From NCBI GenBank assembly GCA_964436255.1, contig CAYTBW010000005.1, positions 6,374 to 70,373 of the forward strand: a stretch of DNA of 64,000 nt, read 5' to 3'. The notes under the pieces are model-generated. The model saw only the letters and a program-made list of their open reading frames with translations, did no database searches and had not been told where the DNA came from. Made by a program: the position numbers and the translations under genes. This DNA is from an uncultured Candidatus Saccharibacteria bacterium. Lineage in GTDB: Bacteria; Patescibacteriota; Saccharimonadia; CAILAD01; JADZBC01. The stretch's first letter is position 1; each line of letters opens with the position of its first letter. Of this stretch, positions 46,610 to 56,749 are shown piece after piece.

Positions 46610-47028
46610 CCCGACCTTGGAGCCCCTGCCGCTAACCGCGACATTCGAAGATCCTGGACGTGGTTCGAAGTATTCAGAACAGAACGCTCGAGGATTGTCT
46701 GAGTCTGGCCTCCAGGCGAGTCCCGCAGAGCACTTCTGTTTGAGTACGAAGAAGCACCACCAAGAGATGAGCCCCATGTCGCAAGGGCTTTAGGTTCTTT
46801 TGGCCCATTCAAAAGAACGAATGACTTAGTGAAATATGGTTTTATGCTTATAATGCCCTTTTGAAAGACCCAAAAGGGCGAAAAGGTCTTCCGACCACGG
46901 GTTCGCATCTAGGTGCGTTCGTTCACTCATGAGACTAGAATGCCCAAGCCCACTGCGAGTTTGAGGACTCTCGTGGTTCACTCTTTCTGGTTCATGAGCT
47001 CCTCACTACCTGATGCTCCAAGGTCGGG
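46610..47028 (-). ncRNA. Candidate large structured ncRNA (~420 nt), family unrecognised
   Basis: Perfect 14-bp terminal stem (46610-46623 / 47015-47028) and several internal hairpins; G-U pairs favour the minus strand. Confidence 0.5.
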
Positions 47029-47086
47029 CCTAGTGGCAAGAAGCTGGTACATATAATCAATGTGAAAGCATCAAAGTTAAGTTACA

Positions 47087-47521
47087 TTAAACGAGGCGGG
47101 AGGGGTCTTTGCTATCTGTTGGCGGGTGGTCAGCTAGGTAGCGCATAGTGGCAGTAATACTTAGTGGGCGAATGCTTTTAACCACGATATCAATAATCTC
47201 ATCCCGGTGGAGGAGGGGTTTTTGCATAGCCTGCAGCTTGTGCTCGATGGTGGCTGTGATGTTGTCGATATTCTGATCATCACCCAGCTTGCTTCCTACG
47301 AATGCCATATACACGCTGCTGAACAAGCGGGCTCGGCTATAGGGGAGTACGGCGTCGCTGCGTTGTTTAACGTCCAAAAAGCCTAAGTCATACGCCTCAT
47401 ACGTGGTAAAGGCGTTCAGGCAACTCTTGCAGCGTCTGCGGCGCCATACTTGGGTGCTGTGGGCGGTACCGCGGCTATTGAACACCTCTGTTTTATTATG
47501 TTGGCAAAATGGGCATAACAT
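47087..47521 (-). CDS. nrdR: Transcriptional repressor NrdR
   Basis: CPFC..V.NSR..WRRRRC..C..FTTYE followed by an ATP-cone. Confidence 0.88.
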   Translation of the reverse strand: MLCPFCQHNKTEVFNSRGTAHSTQVWRRRRCKSCLNAFTTYEAYDLGFLDVKQRSDAVLPYSRARLFSSVYMAFVGSKLGDDQNIDNITATIEHKLQAMQKPLLHRDEIIDIVVKSIRPLSITATMRYLADHPPTDSKDPSRLV

Positions 47522-47719
47522 GACTATATGTTGTCATATGACTATAAAAATAACAAGTGGAAAAGTCTTTTTGGGTGGGGAAAAGTGAATAAATATTGTG
47601 TTTTAAGGTGTTGTAGAAAGTGTGCAGAAAGGGTTTGCATACTTAAGACGCTTAAGGTTATAATGAGCCTATATATAACGCTTAAGGTAAGTGCCAGGAA
47701 AAAGACTCCGCACAAAGAG

Positions 47720-50700
47720 ATGGTGAAACCAAAATCAAATCAAACTAGTTTCAAGCGTGTTATTACCTTCTTGCCCAAGAAGGCTCTTCGCGTTGTGCGC
47801 AAAGCCCACCACCACGCCATCACGAAACCTCACACCCACCTGATGAACAAGGGAAAGGTCTACGCTACCTGGCATACAAAAAAGCACCACCACAAAGTTC
47901 ACCTAGGTATAGCTAGTGTATGGGCCATGATTGCCATCGTAGGCGCCCTAGGGCTTACTAACATTGCCAAAGCCTATGACACCTTCACTCAATCTGATTG
48001 GAGCGGTGGGGTTGGAAGCTCAACCACTGACCAGTACTTATATAAGGATAATATTGTTGTTTCTAACGCTGGCGAACTGTCACTTGACTCCACGGTTATA
48101 TCTAATTGGTGCAGTACGGCGAATTGCGATAACAACTGGACTAAGCGCAAAAAGATAGAAATAAGCAATCAGGGCGTGGAAAGAACTGACTATCAGGTTG
48201 AGTTCACAGTATTCGACACTGGTGCCGACATGGATCCGTATTTCCACACCCTACGCTTTACAAACGAAGCTGGCGACACAGATCTCCCATTTACATTCCG
48301 TAATGTTAATGAGGATGTTTCAGCTAAAGTAATGGTAAAGCTGCCGATCTTGTACGGGGCGACTACAACTAGTGTGTATGTGTACTACGGTAACTTGACC
48401 GCAGGCAGCGCGGAAAACTCAAATGCAGTTTATGACTGGTACGACACCTTTAATGGCTCGGCTGGCCAGCTTGACCCTGCCAAATGGCAGGACGTGGCTA
48501 CTGCTGAGGCCAATGGGGTCACGCTGGATGGAAGTGACAACCTAACCGCTGACGGGAGCACTGCCTCAGGCATTAACCTTATGCCAGTTAATAGCGCGAT
48601 TGACCGAAGCGACCCTGCTGTGTATGAAATAAAGCACCTAGGTGTGCAGGCTATTGGTAACAACGCCACCTGCAATGTCGACAATCAATCTTGGTTTGGC
48701 CCAAAGGTGGTTGGGTCGGATGGGCCCGACCAAGATGATTATGGAATCACGTTAGGTTGCAACGAGGGGCAAAATACCTACACTATTAGTGCCTACAGCG
48801 CCGCCGGCGGCAATAGTTGGGCTGGGTCTTATCCTGTGCCTCTTTCTGATAGAAACTTCGGTTCGGGTGGTTTCGGATACAAAGTAGGCTTAAGTGGCGG
48901 GGCGCCCGTGTTGCAGTACTCTACAAGTGGTGGCTCCAGCGGGGCTGACTGGACAGATTTCGAATCAAGCGTGTATCAAATTGGGTCAGTTCCATCTCTA
49001 AACTTCTTTATCACAGCGAGTCCGGGGTCACAGTTCACGATAGATAGTATGTATCGATATAAGGCAGGCGCTAACTACGGTGCCAATGTTGGCTTAGAAG
49101 AATCAATTGGGGGGAGTGTCGGTACTATATCCTCCGCTGCTTTTGACTTAGGCGGCGTTGATTTGGAATCGTGGGCGATAGGTGCTGTTCATTTAACAAC
49201 GTCTGGTAGTGGGGGTAGAGCAGCCCTCAAGGTATATCGCAGCTACGGTGCGGCTGGGCCGTCTGACTTCCTGTATTGTCCAATCGCTCTTGACGGCGAA
49301 ACGCCATCAACCGGTACGGCAGACTGTTTGCTGAATGGGCACGGTGATGGCGCTACATACTTATACTATCAGGTAGTCATGAGCGGGGATGCGGGGAATG
49401 ATTTCAAGGTAGAGGAGGTTAGTCTCGACTACCTTCTGGACGTGACTCCGCCAACTAATCCAACCACTCTTACGATGGCCGAGGGCCCAGGTGGGCAGGC
49501 CATTAGCAATGGCGGTTTTACGAATTTGCGCACAATACCCACTGAGCTAGGTGGGCAGGTCGGTAAGCCTTACTTCGAGTGGAGCGGGGCAGCAGACAAC
49601 GTTGGTGGAGCTGGGGTACTCGGCTACTGCATATACTTTGGTACCGATAATAGCGCCGACCCGCTAACGAGCAAGGGCGCAATTACAGATAATAGCCCGC
49701 TCGATACAAACGGGACTTGCCCCTACGCTATAACTGGCACCAGTTTGGACTTTGCGAATGTCACAACGTCAATTGACCTGACTCAGTTTGCGATTAACGA
49801 TGCTAACTACTACTTACGTATTCGTACACTCGATGCCGTATACAACCCAAGCGTTGCTACAGAGCAGTTTGAGTTCAAGCTAGACTCCACGTACCCCGGG
49901 ATGTTCAGCCCCGTGATATCCGCTGCAACCAGGCAAGGCCCTGAGGTAGAGATCACTTGGCCTACTACGCTTGGGGGTATGTTGCCATTACCGACAGACA
50001 ATGCTTCGGAATTATTTGGCGGGGGCCCTGGCAACCCAAGTGGCGTAGCGGGGATCGCTTGGTGCTCCTCCGACACAGCAGGAGCATTTGCTGGCCACTG
50101 CATGTCTGATCCTAATGCCCCGGTTTGGCACGGAGCGAACGGGTCTGCTGCTGGTAGCTTCCTAGATATGATTAACGGTAACTTTACTTTTGCAGATGCT
50201 TCTGCTGGACAGCTCATTGCAGACCTGAGCGAGGAGCCCACTACTGACTTTAACGGCCCGAACACTATGTATATCGCTGTATTCGACAACGCTGGGAACT
50301 TTACTAACATGCCGGCCAGTGGCTTTAATGTAGGCAATAACAAGTTCGTCGTCTTCAACAACACCCCGCCATCTGCCCCACAGAACTTGGCTGCTACGCC
50401 AACCACTAACACTGCCAACAGCTTTGCCTTCAGCTGGGATGCTCCGAGCGACCTCGTAGGCCTGACCCAGAACGCTAACTACTGCTGGAGTGTAAACGTT
50501 CTGCCAAACGCCAACAATTGTACCTATGCCGGAGTAGGGGTAGAGAACCTAAGCGCTGACGCTTACGCTACTCAGCCAGGTCTCAACACGATGTATGTGG
50601 TAGCCAAAGACGAAGCTGGCAACATAGACTACGCTAACTATGCATCTACTACCTTTACCGCTAACACCTCAGCTCCTGGCGCTCCGCGCAACCTCGAAGT

Positions 50701-52189
50701 CATTGACGCCTCTAACAAGGCCACCAGCACTTGGAAGCTGGCTCTAAGCTGGGATATCCCACTCTTAGCTGGTTCGGGCATAGATAAGTACAAGATCTTC
50801 CGTAGCCAAGACGACATTACCTACACCGAGATTGGTTCTACTACTGCCACTAGCTTCGTAGATGCTGGCCTCAGCCAAGTAGAGTACTTCTACAAGATTA
50901 AAGCCTGTGACAATGCCAATAACTGTGGTCTCTACAGCGACATGGATTCACTCCTACCAACTGGCCGCTACACTGACCCTGCCAACTTAGTGTCTGGACC
51001 TCAAGTTGTGAACATTAAGACGAGGAGTGCTGGCATCCAGTGGAGTACTGACCGCGTAAGTGACACCAAGGTAGCGTATGGTACCAGCAGCAACAACTAC
51101 CAAGCTGCTCAAGCCTACCAAGCTGCTCAAGTGACCAGCCACAGCATAGAGCTCAGCAACCTCCAGCCCGGAACTACCTATTACTACCGAGCCCGCTGGA
51201 CCGACGATGACGGTAATACTGGCCAGTCTGCTGAACTCCAGTTCAAGACCCAACCAGCTCCAGTAGTGAGTGACGCTACCATTAGTAACATTAACCTCAG
51301 CAGTGCTACCCTTGGCTTTACCACCCAAGCAGCCGTCAAAGCCAAGATCTACTACGGTACCTCTACCGCCTTTGGCTCACTCGTAACCGTAAACACTTCA
51401 ACTGACCTATCTACCTACACCACACAGCTTAGTGACTTAGCTGATGGTACCAAGTACTACTACCGCATTAACACGGTAGACAGCTCCGGGTATGAATATG
51501 ATGGTAGTGTAGCAAGTTTTACAACGATAGCTCGCCCGCGCATTAGCAATTTACGCTTCCAGACAGTCGAAGGCGAACCATCCTCGACGCAAAAGATTAC
51601 CTGGACCACCAATGTGCCGGCCAGTAGTGAAGTCGTATTCGGCCCAGTAGGTTTGCCACAGGCCAGTGTGAGCGAAGGTGGCGACTTGCGCACAGAGCAC
51701 GAAGTAACGGTGCGCGAGTTGCTGGATGACACTACATATAGCTTGATCGCCCGCTCCCGCGACGCCCTGGGTAACGTAGCCACCAGTGACCCTCAAGAGT
51801 TCCGTACTGCTCTAGACACCCGTGCCCCTAAAGCCTTCGACATTAACACCGAATCTAGTATTCGTGGTACGGGTGCTGAAGCTCGTGGACAAATCATCGT
51901 AACGTGGAAGACGGACGAACCATCTACCAGCCAAGTAAGCTATGGCGTAGGTGCAGGGTCCTCTGCTAGCACCAAGACGGCCGAAGACGCTCGACTAACC
52001 ACTGACCACATTGTGATCATCTCTGACCTATCTACCTCGAGCGTATACAACGTGCAAGCTATCTCTGCTGACAAGGCTGGCAACAAGGTAGTTTCTACCG
52101 ACCAGTCTGTAGTAGTAGGTAGGGGAACAGACAACATCTTTAGCATCATCTTCGGCGCCTTACAGAAGATATTCGGGTTGGAGTTGTAG
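47720..52189 (+). CDS. Large secreted surface protein (DUF2341-like + FN3/purple-acid-phosphatase-N repeats), paralog 1
   Basis: His-rich extended signal ending AKA; LRFT..LPF..VYYGN; C-terminal FN3 repeats; start moved to ATG 47720, downstream of the TTGCAT/TATAAT promoter. Confidence 0.8.
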   Translation: MVKPKSNQTSFKRVITFLPKKALRVVRKAHHHAITKPHTHLMNKGKVYATWHTKKHHHKVHLGIASVWAMIAIVGALGLTNIAKAYDTFTQSDWSGGVGSSTTDQYLYKDNIVVSNAGELSLDSTVISNWCSTANCDNNWTKRKKIEISNQGVERTDYQVEFTVFDTGADMDPYFHTLRFTNEAGDTDLPFTFRNVNEDVSAKVMVKLPILYGATTTSVYVYYGNLTAGSAENSNAVYDWYDTFNGSAGQLDPAKWQDVATAEANGVTLDGSDNLTADGSTASGINLMPVNSAIDRSDPAVYEIKHLGVQAIGNNATCNVDNQSWFGPKVVGSDGPDQDDYGITLGCNEGQNTYTISAYSAAGGNSWAGSYPVPLSDRNFGSGGFGYKVGLSGGAPVLQYSTSGGSSGADWTDFESSVYQIGSVPSLNFFITASPGSQFTIDSMYRYKAGANYGANVGLEESIGGSVGTISSAAFDLGGVDLESWAIGAVHLTTSGSGGRAALKVYRSYGAAGPSDFLYCPIALDGETPSTGTADCLLNGHGDGATYLYYQVVMSGDAGNDFKVEEVSLDYLLDVTPPTNPTTLTMAEGPGGQAISNGGFTNLRTIPTELGGQVGKPYFEWSGAADNVGGAGVLGYCIYFGTDNSADPLTSKGAITDNSPLDTNGTCPYAITGTSLDFANVTTSIDLTQFAINDANYYLRIRTLDAVYNPSVATEQFEFKLDSTYPGMFSPVISAATRQGPEVEITWPTTLGGMLPLPTDNASELFGGGPGNPSGVAGIAWCSSDTAGAFAGHCMSDPNAPVWHGANGSAAGSFLDMINGNFTFADASAGQLIADLSEEPTTDFNGPNTMYIAVFDNAGNFTNMPASGFNVGNNKFVVFNNTPPSAPQNLAATPTTNTANSFAFSWDAPSDLVGLTQNANYCWSVNVLPNANNCTYAGVGVENLSADAYATQPGLNTMYVVAKDEAGNIDYANYASTTFTANTSAPGAPRNLEVIDASNKATSTWKLALSWDIPLLAGSGIDKYKIFRSQDDITYTEIGSTTATSFVDAGLSQVEYFYKIKACDNANNCGLYSDMDSLLPTGRYTDPANLVSGPQVVNIKTRSAGIQWSTDRVSDTKVAYGTSSNNYQAAQAYQAAQVTSHSIELSNLQPGTTYYYRARWTDDDGNTGQSAELQFKTQPAPVVSDATISNINLSSATLGFTTQAAVKAKIYYGTSTAFGSLVTVNTSTDLSTYTTQLSDLADGTKYYYRINTVDSSGYEYDGSVASFTTIARPRISNLRFQTVEGEPSSTQKITWTTNVPASSEVVFGPVGLPQASVSEGGDLRTEHEVTVRELLDDTTYSLIARSRDALGNVATSDPQEFRTALDTRAPKAFDINTESSIRGTGAEARGQIIVTWKTDEPSTSQVSYGVGAGSSASTKTAEDARLTTDHIVIISDLSTSSVYNVQAISADKAGNKVVSTDQSVVVGRGTDNIFSIIFGALQKIFGLEL

Positions 52190-52284
52190 GGGATGAGGGT
52201 AAAAACACACATGACTACATTATTTGCTCACTACCAACTGGTTGCTGATTTAGCCTCGAATCCGTACAATGGTAGGAACCGCTT

Positions 52285-55200
52285 ATGCTAAAACACATAA
52301 CAACAACAGCCAAGAAAGTTCATCACCACACGGTCGGTAAACCCCATGCCCACCTGATGGCCAAGGGTAAGGCGTACGCTACGTGGCATACCAAAAAGCA
52401 TCACCATAAGGTCCACCTAGGCATAGCTAGTGTCTGGGCTATGATAGCCATTGTAGGTGCACTTGGGCTTAGCAACGTAGCTAAAGCAATCGATACCTTT
52501 ACTCAGTCCGACTGGAGTGGCGGGGTAGGCACCTCGACTGTCGATGAGTATTTCAACCAAAGTGGAAATATAGATGCTTCTGTATCGGGAGAACTCAGCT
52601 TGGACGCACTGGCACCTACAATCTCAGATTGGTGTAGCACCGCGAATTGTGACAACAACTGGACCAAACGAAAGCAGATATTCTTCCAGAACAACGGCGG
52701 AGCTCGGACTGATTATCAGGTGTATCTTGCTATACCATATGACGCCGCAATGCGGGCGGATTTTGGCGACTTGAGGTTTACAAACGCAGCCGGTGATACA
52801 GACTTGCCATACTATATCGACCATGTTTCAAATGGCGTATCCGCGCGCGTGTACGTTAAGACCGATATAGGTGCCGGCGGCAACTTCATTAGAATGTATT
52901 ATGGTAATGGCGCAGCCTCTGGCCAAAGTGACGGGGAAGCTACCATGGACTTCTTCGATGAATTTGATGGTACAGGTACTCTTGACCCAACGAAGTGGGA
53001 CAATGTAAACGACCTTGCAACTGCAGGCGTTGGCTTGAGCGGCGATGGGGCAATGGTAGTAAATAGCACGACTACAAACGGCATCAACATCATCCCAAGT
53101 AGTGGTAGAGCTTCAGTTCTTCGCAATGACCCGGCAGTTTTTGACTTTGGCCTTCAGGTGAACTCCATGGGGAATAACGGCGACTGTAACGGGAGTGATA
53201 TTAGCCCCAATATGTGGACTAACAGTAACGGCATTGATAATTACACAGTCGGCTTTAGTTGCCAAAACAATGGGGGCTCCTATAGTGTCTACTCCCATGC
53301 CAGCACAGCCGACAGTGGTGATGGGGGGTACCCCGGTGCTGGGATGGATAACCAGCCGCTTGGTCAATTTCCCGTAAAATACCGGGTTGGGCTTGATGGC
53401 GCTAATGGTATAGCCGCTTATAATAACAACTATCACCTTGGGGACTGGGTAGACTTACTGGGTGCTAATAATAAGGCTGGCTCGCAATCGCCACTTAACT
53501 TTAGTTTTTACTTTAATGGTATCGGGACGGGCTTCAGGGTCGATAAGGTTGCCCGCCACAAGTCGGGCGCAGATCTGAGCACGCCATTGTTTGGTATCAC
53601 GGAGTTCGTGGGCGGCCGCTCTGGCTGGCTTACCTCTGCAACATTTGACACCGGCACTACGGAGTATAAGCTGTTCAATAACGTGCATATCGTCAGTAGC
53701 GGCTCTGGCGGCGAGGCTATGGTCCAGCCAAGGTTTGTTTCGAGTGCCAGTGATAACTCAAGCTATGATAACGCGTGCTCGTTCCTATACGATGGCACAG
53801 CCCCGAGTGTTTGTAATAACGGGGCTGAGCAGTACCTTAAGTATGCTGTGTTCATCTCCGCCGAGGATGGCAGCAACTTCAAGGTTGAAGACATTAGTAT
53901 TGACTATACGGTAGACGGAACTGCCCCTACAAACCCAACAATCACTATGGCAGAAGGCTCGGGTGGCCAGGCAATCCCTAACGGCGGCTGGACGAACCTG
54001 CTAGCGATGCCGAGTACCCCAGGTGGCACCTTCGGCCAGACTACGTACAGTAAGCCTTACTTCGAGTGGAGTGGGGCGGCAGATAACGTCGGCGGATCTG
54101 GTGTATTGGGCTATTGTATATACTTTGGCAGGGATGACAGCGCCGACCCACTTGTGACGAAGGGGAGTATAACTACTTCAAGCCCGCTTGATACGAATGG
54201 GGCTTGCCCATATGCGATTGCCGGAACGAGCCTAGACCTGACCGGGCTTGGCACTGTAATGGACAACATCCAATACAATGGTGCAAGCGACGCCAATTAC
54301 TACCTGCGCATCCGAACGATCGACGCCGTATATAACCCAAGTGTGGATACCGAGCAGTTCGAGTTTAAGCTGGATACGGTGTCGCCGCTGGGCTTCACAG
54401 CGGTCGTTCCCGGGGCGACGGTTAGCGGGACGGCAATGAGGATAACCTGGCCTACGAGTGTTGATGTTCTTGGTAACGTATTGACGATTCCTGCCGATAA
54501 CTTGCAGAGTCTATTTGGGGGCCCGCCAGGCAACCCAAGTGACATCGCCGGCATAGCTTATTGTGTTGCAGATATCCCGCATACTTTTGCTGGACATTGC
54601 GTAGGTGGTTCGCAGGACGCGAGCTGGTATAAGGCCAACGGCGAAGCCCCGGTAACACTTCAGCAACTCCTTACTTCGACGCAGACAGGCCTGATACCGG
54701 CCACCTCAGGAGAGTACTTTGCTGATCTGAGCACCAACCCCGCCGTAGACTTTAATGGGCTGAACATTATCCAAATCATGCTCTTCGACAACGCTGGAAA
54801 CATAACCAACACGTTCGCTTCTGGCTATGACCCTTCTTCGGCAACGTTCGTCGTCTTCAACAACACCCCGCCATCTGCCCCACAGAACCTGGTAGCCACA
54901 CCAACTACCAACAACGCCAATAGCTTTGCCTTCAGCTGGGATGCTCCAAGTGACCTCGTAGGCCTCACCCAGAACGCCAACTACTGCTGGAGTGCTAATG
55001 TACTGCCAGATGCTAACAACTGTACCTTCGCCGGGGTAGGGGTGGAGAGCTTGAGCGCTGACGCCTACGCCACTCAGCCAGGCTTAAACACCATGTACGT
55101 TGTAGCTAAAGATGAAGCCGGCAACATAGACTACGCTAACTACGCCAGTGCTACCTTCACTGCCAACACCTCAGCTCCTGGCGCCCCACGTAACCTCGAA

Positions 55201-56688
55201 GTCATTGACGCCTCCAACAAGGCCACCAGCACCTGGAAGCTGGCTCTAAGCTGGGATGTACCACTCCTAGCTGGTTCCGGCGTAGACAAGTACAAGATCT
55301 TCCGCTCCGTGGACGACATTACCTACACCGAGATTGGTTCTACTACTGCAACCAGCTTCGTAGATGCTGGCCTCAGCCAAGTAGAGTACTACTACAAAAT
55401 TAAAGCCTGTGACAACGCCAACAACTGTGGACTCTACAGTGACATGGACTCACTCCTACCGACTGGTCGCTACACTGATCCTGCTAACTTGGTCTCTGGC
55501 CCTCAGGTCGTAGACATTAAAACCCGCAGTGCCCGCATCCAGTGGAGTACAGATAGAGTAAGTGACACTAAGGTAGCCTACGGCACCAGTAGTAATAACT
55601 ACCAAGCGGCTCAAGCCTACCAAGCTGCTCAAGTCACCAGCCACAGCATAGAGCTGAGCAACCTCCAGCCCGGTACTACCTACTACTACCGAGCTCGTTG
55701 GACTGATGATGATGGTAACACCGGCCAGTCCGCTGAACTTCAGTTCAAGACCCAACCAGCTCCAGTAGTAAGTGATGCATCCATTAGCAACATTAACCTT
55801 AGTAGTGCCACCCTTGGCTTCACAACCCAAGCAGCAACAAGAGCTAAGATCTACTACGGTACCAGTACTGCCTTCGGTTCACTCGTAACCGTAAACACCT
55901 CAACCGACCTATCTAGCTACACCACGCAGCTTAGCAACTTAGCTGACGGTACCAAGTACTTCTACCGCATTAACACCGTAGACAGCTCAGGTTATGAATA
56001 CGATGGAAGTGTTGCGAGCTTTACAACACTTCCAAGACCAAGGATTGAAAATCTGGTGCGTGCACAAATTGAAGGCGAACCGAGTAGCACACAGAAGATT
56101 ACGTGGACCACCAACGTTCCGGCTAGTAGTGAGGTAGCTTACAGCCCGACCGGAACTCCACAAGAAGTAGCGGTTACGAGTGAACTTAAAACTCAGCACG
56201 AGATGATCATCCGTGGCTTGAGTGACGATACCCAGTACACGTGGATCGCCCGCTCCCGCGACGCCCTGGGCAACGTAGCGGTCAGTGATCCTCAAGAGTT
56301 CCGTACTGCCCTAGACACCCGCCCACCAAAGGCCTTCGACATTAACACCGAATCCAGCATTCGTGGTACTGGTGCTGAAGCCCGTGGACAAATCATCGTT
56401 ACGTGGAAGACCGACGAACCATCTACCTCCCAAGTAAGCTATGGCGTAGGTGCAGGATCCTCTGCCACCACCAAGACAGCTGAAGACGCCAGACTGACCA
56501 CTGACCACATTGTGATCATCTCTGACCTATCTACGTCGAGTGTATACAATGTGCAGGCAATTTCAGCTGACAAGGCCGGTAACAAAGTAGTCTCTACTGA
56601 CCAGTCTGTGGTAGTAGGTAGGGGGACAGACAACATCTTTAGCATCATCTTCGGCGCCTTACAGAAGATATTCGGGGTGGAGTTGTAG
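52285..56688 (+). CDS. Large secreted surface protein (DUF2341-like + FN3 repeats), paralog 2
   Basis: Same leader and near-identical C-terminal ~610 aa as paralog 1; DFGDLRFT..MYYGN. Confidence 0.85.
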   Translation: MLKHITTTAKKVHHHTVGKPHAHLMAKGKAYATWHTKKHHHKVHLGIASVWAMIAIVGALGLSNVAKAIDTFTQSDWSGGVGTSTVDEYFNQSGNIDASVSGELSLDALAPTISDWCSTANCDNNWTKRKQIFFQNNGGARTDYQVYLAIPYDAAMRADFGDLRFTNAAGDTDLPYYIDHVSNGVSARVYVKTDIGAGGNFIRMYYGNGAASGQSDGEATMDFFDEFDGTGTLDPTKWDNVNDLATAGVGLSGDGAMVVNSTTTNGINIIPSSGRASVLRNDPAVFDFGLQVNSMGNNGDCNGSDISPNMWTNSNGIDNYTVGFSCQNNGGSYSVYSHASTADSGDGGYPGAGMDNQPLGQFPVKYRVGLDGANGIAAYNNNYHLGDWVDLLGANNKAGSQSPLNFSFYFNGIGTGFRVDKVARHKSGADLSTPLFGITEFVGGRSGWLTSATFDTGTTEYKLFNNVHIVSSGSGGEAMVQPRFVSSASDNSSYDNACSFLYDGTAPSVCNNGAEQYLKYAVFISAEDGSNFKVEDISIDYTVDGTAPTNPTITMAEGSGGQAIPNGGWTNLLAMPSTPGGTFGQTTYSKPYFEWSGAADNVGGSGVLGYCIYFGRDDSADPLVTKGSITTSSPLDTNGACPYAIAGTSLDLTGLGTVMDNIQYNGASDANYYLRIRTIDAVYNPSVDTEQFEFKLDTVSPLGFTAVVPGATVSGTAMRITWPTSVDVLGNVLTIPADNLQSLFGGPPGNPSDIAGIAYCVADIPHTFAGHCVGGSQDASWYKANGEAPVTLQQLLTSTQTGLIPATSGEYFADLSTNPAVDFNGLNIIQIMLFDNAGNITNTFASGYDPSSATFVVFNNTPPSAPQNLVATPTTNNANSFAFSWDAPSDLVGLTQNANYCWSANVLPDANNCTFAGVGVESLSADAYATQPGLNTMYVVAKDEAGNIDYANYASATFTANTSAPGAPRNLEVIDASNKATSTWKLALSWDVPLLAGSGVDKYKIFRSVDDITYTEIGSTTATSFVDAGLSQVEYYYKIKACDNANNCGLYSDMDSLLPTGRYTDPANLVSGPQVVDIKTRSARIQWSTDRVSDTKVAYGTSSNNYQAAQAYQAAQVTSHSIELSNLQPGTTYYYRARWTDDDGNTGQSAELQFKTQPAPVVSDASISNINLSSATLGFTTQAATRAKIYYGTSTAFGSLVTVNTSTDLSSYTTQLSNLADGTKYFYRINTVDSSGYEYDGSVASFTTLPRPRIENLVRAQIEGEPSSTQKITWTTNVPASSEVAYSPTGTPQEVAVTSELKTQHEMIIRGLSDDTQYTWIARSRDALGNVAVSDPQEFRTALDTRPPKAFDINTESSIRGTGAEARGQIIVTWKTDEPSTSQVSYGVGAGSSATTKTAEDARLTTDHIVIISDLSTSSVYNVQAISADKAGNKVVSTDQSVVVGRGTDNIFSIIFGALQKIFGVEL

Positions 56689-56749
56689 GGGATGATTAAG
56701 TTGGTCCCAACAAAGTGCTTATGCTACAATAGGGGAAAGAATTGAGGCT

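Noticed and set aside
46561-47028. tmRNA, RNase P RNA, SRP RNA, or the 115-aa minus-strand ORF
   Set aside because: No tRNA-like ends, no GAGGAAAGUC P4 motif and no SRP loop. The ORF has no SD or recognisable motif and runs through the terminator.
47528-47719. N-terminal extension of the 1553-aa ORF
   Set aside because: It overlaps the AT-rich divergent promoter region; the TTGCAT/TATAAT promoter points to a start at 47720.
47720-56688. Diversity-generating retroelement (TR/VR pair) between the paralogous surface genes
   Set aside because: Differences in the shared region are mostly synonymous third-position changes, not adenine-specific; both copies are coding; no reverse transcriptase in the window.
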